From positions 960,001 to 1,024,000 of the forward strand of contig CBDAOB010000003.1 in the NCBI GenBank assembly GCA_965197905.1: 64,000 bases of DNA, read 5' to 3'. Numbering within the stretch: the first letter of the stretch is position 1; each line of letters opens with the position of its first letter. This document shows positions 40,289-52,259 of the stretch, piece by piece. Position numbers and translations under genes: made by a program. The notes below the pieces were generated by a model. It ran no database searches. It was not told the origin of the DNA and saw nothing but the letters and a program-made list of their open reading frames with translations. The stretch is from Candidatus Latescibacterota bacterium (GTDB lineage: Bacteria; Latescibacterota; UBA2968; UBA8231).

Positions 40289-41380
40289 ATGGCAATTTTT
40301 AATGGTTTGGGGATGTCTCTCGGTAACCTGTCACGCCTTTCTGACGCGAAGACTCGCTCCATTAGTGGAGAAAACCCGACCGGTGAAAAAGGCAAGGGCG
40401 CCATGGCGACGGAAGGCTCCGGAGCGAAAATGGCGCGCGAGCTGGGTCAAGGCTGGAAGGTAAACCCATTCGTCAAAATCGAACCGGGAGAGACCTTTAC
40501 CTTCGCCGAAATCGACGGGCCGGGCGCGATCCAATCGATGTGGTTGAGCGGTTCGGTTGCCAAGAGCGGACCGCTCACCCGTTTTTACATCCTGCGCATA
40601 TACTGGGACGATCAGGAGCAACCCGCGGTGGAGTGTCCGGCGGCGGATTTCTTCGCCTCCGGATGGGGGCAGTACGCTCAGATCAACTCGGTACCGGTCT
40701 CGGTCAATCCGAACCGTTCCTATAACTGCTTTTGGGAGATGCCGTTCCGCAAGCGCTGCCGCATGACCTTGGAAAACCGGCACTTCGAAACGATATGTTT
40801 CTACTTCCAGGTGAACTATACATTGACCGAGGTCCCCGACGACGCGGCTTACTTCCACGCGCAGTTTCGCCGTGTGAACCCCCTTCCGTACAAGGAGGCG
40901 TTTACGATCGTCGATGGCATCAAGGGAAGAGGTCATTACATCGGCACCGCAATGGCCTGGGGTGTCAATAGCGGTGGCTGGTGGGGCGAGGGAGAGGTCA
41001 AGTTCTACATGGACGGCGATTCCGAGTTTCCCACTATATGCGGTACCGGCACAGAGGATTATTTCGGCGGTGCCTACGATTGGGATGTGGACGGGGAGTA
41101 TGTAACCTACTCCGGTCCGTTTCTGGGCATGCACCAGGTGCTTCAACCTGATGGCCTTTATCAATCGCAGCAGCGTTTCGCCATGTACCGTTGGCACGTC
41201 ATGGATCCAATCCGGTTCGAACAGGATCTGCGGGTGACGATTCAGGCGATCGGAATCAGAGAGGGAGGGCGGTGGGAAGCGCGACAGGACGACATGGCCG
41301 CGGTGGCATACTGGTATCAGACGCTTCCTACGGCACCGTTCCCGCCGTTGCAGGACAGGGACGACCTGGAGATCATGTAG
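40289..41380 (+). CDS. Glycoside hydrolase family 172 (DUF2961)
   Basis: SISGENPTGEKG, WWGEGE, CGTGTEDYF, YRWH..DPIRF. Confidence 0.92.
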   Translation: MAIFNGLGMSLGNLSRLSDAKTRSISGENPTGEKGKGAMATEGSGAKMARELGQGWKVNPFVKIEPGETFTFAEIDGPGAIQSMWLSGSVAKSGPLTRFYILRIYWDDQEQPAVECPAADFFASGWGQYAQINSVPVSVNPNRSYNCFWEMPFRKRCRMTLENRHFETICFYFQVNYTLTEVPDDAAYFHAQFRRVNPLPYKEAFTIVDGIKGRGHYIGTAMAWGVNSGGWWGEGEVKFYMDGDSEFPTICGTGTEDYFGGAYDWDVDGEYVTYSGPFLGMHQVLQPDGLYQSQQRFAMYRWHVMDPIRFEQDLRVTIQAIGIREGGRWEARQDDMAAVAYWYQTLPTAPFPPLQDRDDLEIM

Positions 41381-41403
41381 ATGACAAACGGAGGTTATCT
41401 GTC

Positions 41404-41754
41404 GTGATCACGGGTGCCCACGCCGTTATCTACAGCACGGATCCGGCAGCGGATCGCGCTTTTCTGCGCGACGTACTGAAGCTGGCCAACGTCGACGTAG
41501 GGGACGGATGGTTGATCTTTGGATTGCCACCGTCTGAAGTGGCCGTGCACCCATCGGACGCCAACGATGTTCACGAGTTCTTTTTGATATGCGATGACGT
41601 CCATCGGTTCGTCGAAGAAATGCAGACACACAAAGTGTCCTGCCAACCGGTTCAGGACAAAGGCTGGGGCTTACTGACCCACCTCGAGCTTCCGGGAGGT
41701 GGAAAGCTCGGCGTGTACGAACCCAGGCATGCACGCCCCGAACCGATGAGGTGA
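41404..41754 (+). CDS. VOC family protein
   Basis: ITGAHAVIYS.D..ADRAFLRDVL, GWLIFGLPP, LPGGGKLGVYEPRH. Confidence 0.85.
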   Translation: MITGAHAVIYSTDPAADRAFLRDVLKLANVDVGDGWLIFGLPPSEVAVHPSDANDVHEFFLICDDVHRFVEEMQTHKVSCQPVQDKGWGLLTHLELPGGGKLGVYEPRHARPEPMR

Positions 41755-41833
41755 TAAGACTGAAGGGCTGCAGCACTGCCCAAGGCAGCGCTCGACGAAC
41801 TCTAGTTTCTAAACACCTGGATAGCCACCACCC

Positions 41834-42580
41834 GTGCCGAACCTGCCAATCACCGTTCCGGATAATTTTCGCATCATCGCCCACCGAGGAGCATCTGCCT
41901 ACGCACCTGAGAACACTCTGCCCGCGTTCGAGCTGGCGCGCAAGATGAGGGTCCGCGAGGTCGAGGTCGACACCCAGCTTGCCACCGATGGCGTAGTCGT
42001 ACTGTGCCACGACGATAACCTAGAACGATATGGTCAGGGTGATCGGATCGTGGAGCGGTTGTCGTCAGCAGAGCTCTTGTCCACCGATGTGGGCTCCTGG
42101 TTCTCGCCATTTTTCTACGCCGATACGCCCATGATGACGCTGAACAGCCTGCTGCACAGGTTCGCCAGGGACTTCGTGTTTCACATTGAGCTGAAGGGGA
42201 AATCCCCGGACCTGTCGGCGAAGGTCTTCGCCCTGCTCGATGGTCACAACTTGATTCAGGACTCGATCGTGACCTCGTTCTCATGGGAACAATTGGTTCG
42301 GATGCGTCAGAAATCGGCCTCCTGCCGCCTGGGCTGGCTGGTGCACGAATTCAATCCGCAAACACTCGACCGTGCCGCCGAGTTGAATCTCTTTCAATTG
42401 TGTCCCCCGGCGCGGGAAGTGACCGAACAGCTTGTAGAGCTGGGGCATGGTGCCGTGGAGGAGGTCCGCGTTTGGGGCATGAGTGGTCCCTCTCCGGAGG
42501 TGCGGTCGCTCATTCGGAGAGTTGTAGACTGCGACTGTGACGGCATGACCATCAATTGGCCAGATTGGGCCACACATTAG
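41834..42580 (+). CDS. Glycerophosphodiester phosphodiesterase family protein
   Basis: IAHRG, PENT, EVD, HD, IELK. Confidence 0.9.
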   Translation: MPNLPITVPDNFRIIAHRGASAYAPENTLPAFELARKMRVREVEVDTQLATDGVVVLCHDDNLERYGQGDRIVERLSSAELLSTDVGSWFSPFFYADTPMMTLNSLLHRFARDFVFHIELKGKSPDLSAKVFALLDGHNLIQDSIVTSFSWEQLVRMRQKSASCRLGWLVHEFNPQTLDRAAELNLFQLCPPAREVTEQLVELGHGAVEEVRVWGMSGPSPEVRSLIRRVVDCDCDGMTINWPDWATH

Positions 42581-42583
42581 GTG

Positions 42584-44146
42584 ATGTACGACGTTGTCAT
42601 AGTTGGAGGTGGGTCGGCCGGAGCTGTTCTCGCGGCGAGACTCTCGGAAGATTCCAGCAGATCGATCCTGCTGCTGGAAGCAGGTCCGGATTTCGGACGC
42701 ATGGACCAGCTTCCGAAGGTTATTCGCGAGGCTTACGGAGGACGGAACCATTTGGCACACGCGTTTGGTCCTGCTTCAAAATACGGCTGGGGGTACCGGG
42801 CTCGGTCCACCGACAGCTCTCCCTCCATATTTGCACCCCGGGGGAAAATCATGGGCGGCTCGAGCGCGGTGAACGCACAGATTCTTCTTCGCGGCGTTCC
42901 GGAGGACTACGATGGTTGGGCGGAAGCGGGGAACGATATGTGGAGCTACGAGCAACTGTTGCCATTCTTCTGCGCGAATGAGGCCGATCCCGACTTCGCC
43001 GATTCCTACCACGGGGCGGACGGTCCCATCCGTCTTCAACGATTCAAGAAAACGGATTGGAGCCCCGAACATCGAGCGTTCTACGAGGCGTGCCGTGCCG
43101 CCGGATTCCCCGATTGCCCGGACCACAACCACCCGGACTCCACGGGAGTAGGACCACTGCCCCTCAACAACGCGGATGGAGTCCGTTGGAGTGCGTCGAT
43201 CGGCTATCTGGATCCGGTTCGGGGACGTACGAATCTGAACATCAAGAGCGACTTTCTGGTGCATCGCGTCTTATTCGAAGACAGGCGGGCGGTGGGAGTG
43301 GAGGTGGAATCAAATGGGGAGGTCTCGAAAATCCGGGGAGGCGAGATTCTCTTATGCGGCGGCGCCATCGGCTCGCCGCACACACTGCTGCTTTCGGGCA
43401 TCGGGCCAGCAGATCATCTCGAGGAAATGGGTATTCCCATTATCGCACACGTTCCTGGCGTGGGCCAGAATCTGCGAGACCATCCCCAGGTTCCGATTGC
43501 TCTGCGGTCGAAGCCGGAGATTCTTGGAGATGGCTCCGAGCCCAGACTGCAGGTAGGGCTGCGCTATACGGCGAAGGGATCCGACCTGCGCAACGATATG
43601 TTCGTGCATTCCTACTCGTTCGCCACCGAGGAAGGACCCTACATCGTATCCGATTCCCAACCGTTCGGATTCGGTCTCACCGCCTGTATCTATCTGGCCG
43701 CAAGCAAAGGGGAGATAAAGCTCGCATCCGCCGACGCGCAGGCGAGTCCGGTCATAGATTACAATTTCCTCGAGGAAGCGGTTGACCGCCAGCGGTTGCG
43801 CGACGGTGTGAGAATGGTCATAGATTTGCTCCAGCACGACGCCTTCAGGGAGATCGTAACCGAGCGTATCAAACCGACCGACGCTGAACTCGCTTCCGAC
43901 CAAAGCATCGACGCATGGATGGAAAGAGTGGTTGTAACCAGTCATCATATCTCGGCCACGTGCAAGATGGGGTGCAACACGGATTCGATGGCAGTCGTCG
44001 ATCAACACGGCAAGGTTCGCGGTGTGGACGGCCTGCGCGTGGCAGACGCCTCAATCATGCCCGACTGTATCCGCGCGAATACGAACGCCACCTCTATGAT
44101 TATCGGGGAACGGATTGCGGATCTGATGACCAATGAGAATCATTAG
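42584..44146 (+). CDS. GMC family oxidoreductase
   Basis: GGGSAG, GGSSAVN, VGQNLRDH, HISATCKMG, RVADASIMP. Confidence 0.95.
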   Translation: MYDVVIVGGGSAGAVLAARLSEDSSRSILLLEAGPDFGRMDQLPKVIREAYGGRNHLAHAFGPASKYGWGYRARSTDSSPSIFAPRGKIMGGSSAVNAQILLRGVPEDYDGWAEAGNDMWSYEQLLPFFCANEADPDFADSYHGADGPIRLQRFKKTDWSPEHRAFYEACRAAGFPDCPDHNHPDSTGVGPLPLNNADGVRWSASIGYLDPVRGRTNLNIKSDFLVHRVLFEDRRAVGVEVESNGEVSKIRGGEILLCGGAIGSPHTLLLSGIGPADHLEEMGIPIIAHVPGVGQNLRDHPQVPIALRSKPEILGDGSEPRLQVGLRYTAKGSDLRNDMFVHSYSFATEEGPYIVSDSQPFGFGLTACIYLAASKGEIKLASADAQASPVIDYNFLEEAVDRQRLRDGVRMVIDLLQHDAFREIVTERIKPTDAELASDQSIDAWMERVVVTSHHISATCKMGCNTDSMAVVDQHGKVRGVDGLRVADASIMPDCIRANTNATSMIIGERIADLMTNENH

Positions 44147-44195
44147 TACTGGCACGGGATAGTATCCGCTTCTCAGAGGTAGCGGCGCACCAGTA

Positions 44196-44811
44196 TCAGC
44201 CACTATTCGCCAGAATTGCATCAGTTTGTGGGCAAGTTGTGGGCAAAACCACAGCCGCCAACTCCTCGACGAAGGGCCGCACGGCTTCTGAGTCGTAATT
44301 CACGTATACATCCGTCACGCTCTGGCCTCGATGCCGTAATGCTGCTTTCACGACCTGACGAGGCGCGTGCAGTTCCGTTTCCATAATGGTCGCGCCCGAT
44401 TTTCTCAGGGCGTGTTCGCTGACGTATCGCACTCCTGCTGCCTCAGCGATGCGCTCACCCAAACACCTGCCTTGAATTTTCCTCGTGAACCAAGTGTAAT
44501 ACATCGGTGTGCCTTTGTTCGTGCAGAAGATCAGATCGTTGTCCTCCCACTCCCTCATCTTCAACCGCATCGTTGCCTGATTTTTGCGATGCTCCCGTAG
44601 GGTGTCGAGGAGTAGGTTTGGAACGGGGACCTCTGCTTCCGTACTTCGTTGTGGTCCAGCCGTGTTTGCGTGATTGCTGGCGTTGGATGCTCAACACTCT
44701 CCGTTTCTCGTCCAAGTCCTGCCATTTGAGTCCTCTCAATTCGCCGTCTCGCAACAGGAGAAGGACGAGAGCGAGTATATGGGGCCTATATTCATCGGGT
44801 GTGTGGACGAG
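44196..44811 (-). pseudogene. Tyrosine integrase catalytic-domain remnant, frameshifted near 44632
   Basis: LRDGELRGLKW, TTTK, HALR, LRH...TDVY catalytic motifs split across two frames. Confidence 0.85.
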
Positions 44812-45086
44812 GCAGCATGAAATGGCCTAACCCCAAGAGGCACAAATGAATTCAGTTTTGATAATCTGCCGCGCACTCGACAGCTGATCACTGTGGTAGC
44901 CGACCTCGCGATCCGAAGCATCGGCGAACTGGCGTTGGACTCATCTCTGGCGTTTACCAGTGGTCAGTAGAGATCGGGACGGCGGCGCACGTGTAACCGA
45001 CAAACGGGCACGGCAGATAACGCAAGATAGAGGTCATCGATGGATTTACGTTGCGTGGCTCCAGGTTGATTTAGGCTTGTTTCCGA

Positions 45087-48000
45087 TCAAATGGGACGGC
45101 CGTAGTCTGAAAAGCCGACCAGGGCGCGCACGAACAGACTCATGCCGTCGAAATCCCGTCCGTCGCGGAATTTAGTGTCGTACTCGCGCTGGTCCTTGTT
45201 GAGACCGAGAATGGTCACGAGCTCGTAGCCGAAATAGCCGCTGCGATTGGTGATCGTCACGAAGGCGGTGCGCTGCTCGTAGCTGTTGCGATCGGCAGTG
45301 TCGTCGGTCAGGCGGTAGGGAAAGGGTCCGATGCCCTGAAAACCGGCCCGTAGCGACGTCCGCGGCATCAGCGGATACTCTGCCCGCAGGATCGGGATCG
45401 AGCGGATTTCTGACAGCAGATTCGTGCCGCGCTCCTGATCCCGCAGGCGCAAAAACATAAACTTGTACTGGGGTGTCACTTTCAGCTTGCCCCAGCTCCG
45501 GGCAAACTCCACCCGCGTCACCGACGTCCAAAACTCCAGCCGCCGTTTCTGCTGGAAGATCTTGTTGTAGAGCTCTCCTCCCTGCTGCCAGTTGAAACGC
45601 GCTCGCAGATTCTGATTGACCTTCAGCGTCGAAATCGGGTTTATCCGCAGATCGAGGTAGGTCTCGTTCACATAGCTGTCCTGGTAATTCCGCAGGTCGC
45701 GGACCGAGCGGTTGCTGAATATGGGCGGATAGTCCCGGACGTAGGCCTCGGCGCAGTTGCACCTTCCCAGGCCGCGAAAACTGAATTGGTTGGTCCGGCT
45801 GGGAATCTCCTGAATGACGATGTAGGGATCCTGAATATCGTCCTGAACCGCTCGAAAATGGTTTTCGAGAAAGAAAAGGCGACGTCCCCCGAATCCGCGA
45901 ATGTCCAGCGTCACCAACCCGTAGGTGCTCCGGTTGCGTCCCGAGCCGGCGACCTGGCTCACCGCGTAGCGCCCCGCCGCGAACGACAACTGTGGCGTCA
46001 GATCGAACTGGGCAAACAGGTGATACCCCCGCTGGTCCGGATCGTACGGGTAATCCACGTCGCCGTCGTCTTCGCGCCGGTCCGGCTCGTCGTTGTTGTT
46101 CCGGTCCAGCCCGTAGACGTAGATGTTGGGCTCCACATCGTACATGAGGAACGGTTCTTCGTAGTCTGGAACCGGATCGCCGTCGCGATTGGTATCCGGA
46201 AAGCCATCGTTGTCTTCGTCCTGGTCCAGATTCACGCCATCCAGATCATAGTCTTGGCTGTCGTTGGTGAAACCGACGATGTTGCCCAGCCGCCGGTCCG
46301 GGAGGCGGTCAGCGTCGTCGTTGTCTTCCACCAGATCCCAATAGATCGTTTCGTTGAGCATCCCGAGGAGATGGGAGTGGCCAAAATTCTCCTCGTCCAG
46401 ATACGTACGATACGTGGTCGTAAAATCTGGATTGATGGAGAAGGCCTCGGCGCCTACCCGACCCCCTTTGAACCAGCGCGTCGCGTTGATGAAATAGGCG
46501 TCGTCCTTCTGCGAGAAACGGGGGCTCCCACCAGGGTTGATCACACCGCCGTCGTGCGCCGGATAACGCCCCCACAGTGCCGACCGGGCGTACTCCGCGT
46601 TGAGCTCGAAACCCACAAGGGTCAAATGGGCATCGGCGCCGTAGACGAAGACACCTGTATCTTCGCCCACGTGAAATCGCACCGGCTTTAAGTTGGTGAG
46701 GTCCCGCACGTTGTCTCGCGCGCGGAGCACATTCTTGTAGAATGTGGTGGAGTACCGGGCGTGGTAGGTCTTCCCTCGCGGATTTACTTCGTACAAGGTG
46801 GCCACGTCGACCCGGTAATCGTTTCCGAGGAGAGCCTGGATCTCCACCGACTCCACCGCTGGTTCTTGGGAGAGGTCGTAGAGGAAGGCGATCTCCGATT
46901 CTCCGTTCGCTTCCAGCATGCCGGCGGGGGACTCGATGCGAAAATTCTCCACGACCCCTTCGAGATTCGAAACCTTGCTGATGTCTTCTCCGAGCTCGTG
47001 ATCCCGGCGCAACAGGTAGTCGGAATAAAGGGGCAGATCGTCTCGTCCGCGGTAAAAGCGGCGGTGCCCGGAGAACAGGGTGTAGTCGACCGCGCGAAAG
47101 CGACCCGTGGCGGAGGAAACCGTACCAACCTGCGGCCGAATGCCGGCAGGGTTGCTCACCACTAACGGCACGATATCCGGACGGTCTTCACCGTTGAGGA
47201 TGAGTCGGACATCCTGCAGGTGGGCTCCGCCAGTGCCGTCGTCGGGCGAATCGTCGGAAAAGCGCACAATGACCCAGTCCATCAGTGGTTAGTCGGGACG
47301 AAGCACACCTTTGAGACTGCTGTTTTCCTGGGTGCTTCGATACACGTGGGAATTGATGGCATTAATTCCGAGACTTCCCAATCCGACGTCCATCTGCAGC
47401 CGGCTCCCCAAAAGAAGGGTGGAGTCGTCAGCGAAGTGGGTCTTGCCGATCGCCCATATGGTGGGCACCTCCTGATAGGTGTGTGGTCGCTCAATACGCG
47501 ATGCTAGGGTGGTGATCTTGAACAGAGGTGTCGCGATGTCGAAACGCAATCCGTTGAAGCTGGTCATGGATAGGGTCAAAGGCGAAAACCGCGCGATCAG
47601 GTTGTCGCCGACGATAAAGCTGTAGCCCCAACCACCGTACCCGTCTCGCATCACCGCCACCGAGTTGTAGACCTTCTCCCAGGGATGATTGTACATCTCG
47701 TTCGGCTTGAAGATCGAACTGCCGTAGGCCTGACCGGGGGTGCGAACCTCCTCCCAGAAGTAGAGGTCGTAGCCGGTGGTCAGGTAATCTCCCATGGGGC
47801 CGTAGATGGTGCGCGGCGCATCATCGTAGGGCAGGGCGTGGTTGGCGTAATTGGTGAAATTCTGAAGCGCGTAGTTATGGTACTGCGGCCTTTCCCATCG
47901 AAGGAATGGGCGGGATTCGTAAAGCTCAGATGTACCAGAGATGCGGGTTTCCTGCGCTGACGCACTGCAAATCGCCACGAGGACTGTGACTAAGGCAATC

Positions 48001-48131
48001 TGGATACGGGTCGCGACCGAAAGACGTATAATCTTGTAAATAATAAACTTAAGTGAATAAAGACTGGTTGCTACGGGAGTCGTGAAGCGCTCGATATACT
48101 CGATATAGAGGTTTATACTGGTATTCCCCAT
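45087..48131 (-). pseudogene. Large exported/outer-membrane protein interrupted by an in-frame TAA at 47289-47291
   Basis: Signal-like ...CSASA-QE; the two ORFs share a frame (RPD*PLMDW); Asp-rich Ca-binding-like repeats; beta-rich C-terminus; start uncertain. Confidence 0.7.
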
Positions 48132-48381
48132 ATCAAAATCAGTTGGGGTTTAGATTGAACTCGACTCTGTTTGATAATAAGGAATGGCCGTCCACTTTGC
48201 TCCACGGACAAATTTCTGCATCAAGAACGGCCTTGTTCTTCCGAATTATCACGATCTGCACGCGTACATTCACCGATTAGAGACAGGTATCCATTGCTTT
48301 ACTTTGGAAAGTGATGTTCTAGACAGAATCATTACGTAAGCGCTTGATTCGGGCCAAGATCTCGGCAAATTAACGTCTGGT

Positions 48382-48837
48382 CTATCGCCACCGCGGTCGA
48401 TCCCAACTGCCGGCCTGATACCTGAACTCGGGCCAGCAGATTATCGGCTTTTCGGGTGGTCGGCCCACCGGTCGAGTCAGCAGGGGTCGTATCTGCTCAT
48501 GGAGGAGCTCGTTGGCAGGCAAGATGGATTGGCGCAACAGGGTCGGCATCGCATGTTGGATGTTACGGCCGGTACGTTGGTCCGATAAAACAGTTGAAAC
48601 AGCATCGAATAATCCCAGCGCATCATCAAGTTCACGATACGCTAAAAGACCCCCGTCAGAGGTCACCTTTGCCCCATGAAATTCTAGCTTTATTCCACCA
48701 TCAAAACCCATTCTCATGCTTTCACCCTCGGGATGACCCATGTTCATCGGCCAGAAACGATCGTTATTATATTGTCTAATAACATCTTATGGCACCTTTG
48801 AAAAGCGTTTTTCAAGTTTCATATAGGGAATGGAGGA
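48382..48837 (-). mobile_element. IS1380-family relic: left end plus internally deleted transposase
   Basis: LEFHGAKVTSDGGLLAYRELDDALGL...LLRQSI joined to LPANE...RPVGRPP...YQAGSW; end reads (T)CCTCCATTCCCTATATG. Confidence 0.85.
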
Positions 48838-48861
48838 CCTGTATTCTCAGCCCCCCCATTT

Positions 48862-49043
48862 GGGTCCTTACTTGTTGTTTTGATTGAGGTTGGGATCCAG
48901 CGCTTTAATTCGCTAGCGTGCGCACCACTTTTTGGTTCGCAGTGCGCACTTTGGCCAGGTTCAGTGTCGATAGGTAATTATAACGGAGACAATAAGATAA
49001 GTCGTACGCGGATCGGACCCCTAGCGCGAACAAAAGTGCGCAC
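48862..49043 (+). repeat. Dispersed repeat B, copy 2, with three GTGCGCAC palindromes
   Basis: Similarity to 19321-19409; gtgcgcac..ttttggttcgc is mirrored by gcgaacaaaagtgcgcac near 49025-49043. Confidence 0.75.
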
Positions 49044-49047
49044 CGGG

Positions 49048-50308
49048 TCAGATGGTATACTTCAGCGCCATCAATAGAAATCCAGTCCCCAGCATTGCCG
49101 CGAATCCGAATCCTATCCAAACACCGAGATGACGACTGCCGTATCTCCAAGCAAGGACGAATTTCAACAAGGCGTTCATCAAGACGGCGATGAAGATAGC
49201 ACTCCAGGCGGTCACGACAGAAAGCGAACCATGGCTCACTAGCTTGGCTGCAGAAAGAGAAATGGCGCTCGCGTCACCTAGCCCCGCGATGGCACTCGTC
49301 AGATAGATCCCCCGGTCGCCGAATTCAACAGTGGCTATCTTGGCCAATAGGGTTACCCCTACGAAGAAGAGTCCGAACTTCAAAGCCGGCATCAAAGAAT
49401 ACGGGTTCTGCACCAGGAGATCGGTCGCAGAATCTTCTATTTTCTCGTTTTGAGCACGCCATAGAAACCAAGCACCGATTATTCCTACAGCACCCATTCC
49501 AAGCAGCGGCGCGGTAACGAACGCTCCAAGACTCCGATCCACAACCCAAACCAGCAACAACAATCGCGGAAACTGTACGGCATTAGCCATCACTCCGGCT
49601 ATGCCGCAAGATCGAGCGAACTCGGGGTTTTGTCGCACCCGGCTTGCAAGGCTGGCCGTCACAGCCGTGGTCGACACTATTCCGCCCATCAGAGCGCTCA
49701 GCAACAACCCCCTCTTGTTACCCAGGATGCGGCTTAGAACATATCCCACGTAACTGATCGTAGAGACCAAGATGATCAACAACCAAATATGGGTGGGATT
49801 GAAGAACTGATACGGTCCGATGCTCCGATTGGGCAACAACGGAAGCACCACGAACACGACGGCCAGAAACTTGAGAGTGTCGTATAATTCGATCTCCTTA
49901 ATGGTCTCCCTCACGAAATCGTGCAGTGCTCGCTTAGATGCTAGGAGAATCACGAGGACAATAGCCACACTGATTGCCAGCGATTCATGGTCACGCATCA
50001 TATATCCGAGCCAGAACGTCAGAAGCGCTCCAGTCTCCGTGGTAATCCCCACGCTTCCCCCCTCGGAGTGTCGGTAGTATCCCACGCACAGTAGAACGAT
50101 GAGCGCACCGAGCGTCATCAGCGTATAACTCAAGGGGAGCAATCGACAAACAGCGCCGAGAAGTGCAAAGATTGTGAACGTCCGTACACCTGCTTGTTTT
50201 CTTTTCTCCTGGAAGCCGGTTCTTGTAACGTTCCACGCCGATTAACAGCCCGATGGCAAGCACTTCCCCGAATGTCTTGAACGTCCCAATGTTGAATTCC
50301 ATGGTCAT
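49048..50308 (-). pseudogene. MgtC/SapB + DUF4010 membrane protein, frameshift near 50197
   Basis: IGLLIGVER, then AGVRTF in a shifted frame; GITTE, LPLLPN, GGIVSTTAVT, NPYSL..ALKFG. Confidence 0.82.
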
Positions 50309-50482
50309 CGACCTCGCGTTTCCAACTTAGATCATGTTGGGTTTGAATCAGGAGCGCAAGTATTCCTAACGAGATAACCGTCAGAATCATGAAGCTGCCA
50401 CATAGATGTCCGTCTTGACAGAGAGGACACCCCCGTCTTAGTTAACGATTGAAACATCTTCAACGAGATACAACGGGTGCCG

Positions 50483-50905
50483 TCACCAGCGTGCGGTGCC
50501 CGTTTTCACGTTCTGGGATACCGGGAAGGTGACGGCTTCCCGGTAGCTTGACTCACCAACGGCATAGTCGTGGAGGCGGCGCAGCAGCAAGCCCGCCCGC
50601 CCAAATGCGCTTACGGTGTCAGACGCTGCAAAACCGGCATCGCGCAACGGCGAGCCAGAAACCGCAGTCAATAACAGTCCCGGGTTCTCAGGGCGGTCGA
50701 ATACCGCGTAAAGGTCAGGGATGTAAGGCGCAAACGCCTCGGACCAGTTGCGGTAAGCGAATACTTCACTCGCCCAACGGTTGCGGCGACGGTTGATTTT
50801 GAAGAAGAAATCACCGTTGTCGCTCCGAATACTCCACACACCCGTCCGCGTGCTGCTTGACCGGTACGCGCGGAGAACCTCGTAGTCCCCGAGCTTGGAA
50901 GTCAG
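50483..50905 (-). pseudogene. N-lobe fragment of an APH-like phosphotransferase
   Basis: FFKI...EVFAY...IPDL...LLTAVSG...AGLLLRRLH; no HGD catalytic motif follows. Confidence 0.55.
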
Positions 50906-50913
50906 GGGTCGCT

Positions 50914-52215
50914 CTACTCATTATACATGCGGCCGACTTTCTTGGTCAGTCGAATGAGGCCCACGCTCATTAGCGCCACGATGAACATCGTGACCGCTGA
51001 CACCCCAAAAGTACCGGCCCCAACAGACGCGTACAATAGCCCGCCGGTTACCAATCCGGTTATGCTGGCGAGGCTGCCAAGGCTGCCGGCCAATCCCTGC
51101 ACATATCCCTGGTATTGCTCACCGGCCTGGTTGGAAAGGATCGATTGATAGCACGGCCACATCAAACCGTTGCCAAGGGCAAAGAGCACGGCAGCGGCGT
51201 ACGCCAGCGATCGGTCGGGAATGGTCAGGAGCAGAAAACAGAAGCCCAGCAAGATGCTTCCTACAATCACCAAGGTCGCGTTGGAGAAACGTGCTGTCAT
51301 CCACTTGAGCACCGGACCCTGGACGATCGCCATCATAAGACTGAGGCTTGAAAGATAGATCCCCAGCTCTGTAACCGGCCACTTCAAACCGGCTGACGCG
51401 TGCACGGGGAAGGCGGTATAAAAGAAATTGAATCCGAGAAAGATGGCGAAGTACACCAACAGCAGAAACGGAATACCGGGGATGGCGAGTAGATGTTTTA
51501 GCGCGTGCTTGTCAGCCGGCGGTTGAAAACAATCCTTGAGCTCCTGCCCAAATACCTTCTCAATTCGCTCCTCGTCGTGCTTCTCGATTTCACAGGGGCG
51601 CACGTCGGGCAGGTAAAGGAATATTGTCACCAGGGCGGCGGTTGAGATCAGAATCGCCGCCAGCACGGGTAGGGTTTCCTGCAGGGCGGTGGCGCTCAAA
51701 AGACCAGCCAGTACCGGTCCCAGTACAAATCCGAAATTGGCTGCAATCGACATCTTGCCATAGTTCCGGCTTTTGTCTTCCTTCGTCGAAATGTCCGACA
51801 AATAGGCGTTGGCCACCGATATATTGCCACCGGTCAGGCCGTCTAACGCACGCGCAAGAAAGAGCACGGCGATCGGCAAGGTCAGGATGGTCGTGCCGGT
51901 CCACTCACTGTCGAATTCCACCAATACTTCAACGGGCATATACAGGCCCAGCAGGAAGACCCCCCAGGAGAGCAAGGTGCCCAGTTGGCTGAGAAGCAGG
52001 ATGCGCTTGCGTCCGTATTTGTCGGACCACTTGCCCAGTATGGGGGCACCGATGAACTGAAACGCAGGGTATGTAGCGCCGAGCAGGCCGTATACGAATG
52101 AATTGCCCTGAAAGCGCTCGACGATGAAGACCAGAAAGGGCAGAATGATACTGAAGCCGAGCGTACCGACGAAGTGGACGCTCAGGAGCGGAGTGAGATA
52201 GCGGTTCTGGCTCAT
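50914..52215 (-). CDS. MFS transporter (TetA/DHA1-like)
   Basis: GKWSDKYGRK motif A, RALDGLTGG, GFVLGP. Confidence 0.92.
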   Translation of the reverse strand: MSQNRYLTPLLSVHFVGTLGFSIILPFLVFIVERFQGNSFVYGLLGATYPAFQFIGAPILGKWSDKYGRKRILLLSQLGTLLSWGVFLLGLYMPVEVLVEFDSEWTGTTILTLPIAVLFLARALDGLTGGNISVANAYLSDISTKEDKSRNYGKMSIAANFGFVLGPVLAGLLSATALQETLPVLAAILISTAALVTIFLYLPDVRPCEIEKHDEERIEKVFGQELKDCFQPPADKHALKHLLAIPGIPFLLLVYFAIFLGFNFFYTAFPVHASAGLKWPVTELGIYLSSLSLMMAIVQGPVLKWMTARFSNATLVIVGSILLGFCFLLLTIPDRSLAYAAAVLFALGNGLMWPCYQSILSNQAGEQYQGYVQGLAGSLGSLASITGLVTGGLLYASVGAGTFGVSAVTMFIVALMSVGLIRLTKKVGRMYNE

Positions 52216-52259
52216 GAATAAGAAGGAGTTGCCGACGGCGGCCTTTTGTCAAGCGGAGC

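Noticed and set aside
44160..44192. ggcgcacca as a tRNA 3' end / att core beside the integrase
   Set aside because: No TTCGA T-loop or cloverleaf, and no second copy seen near 56.2 kb.
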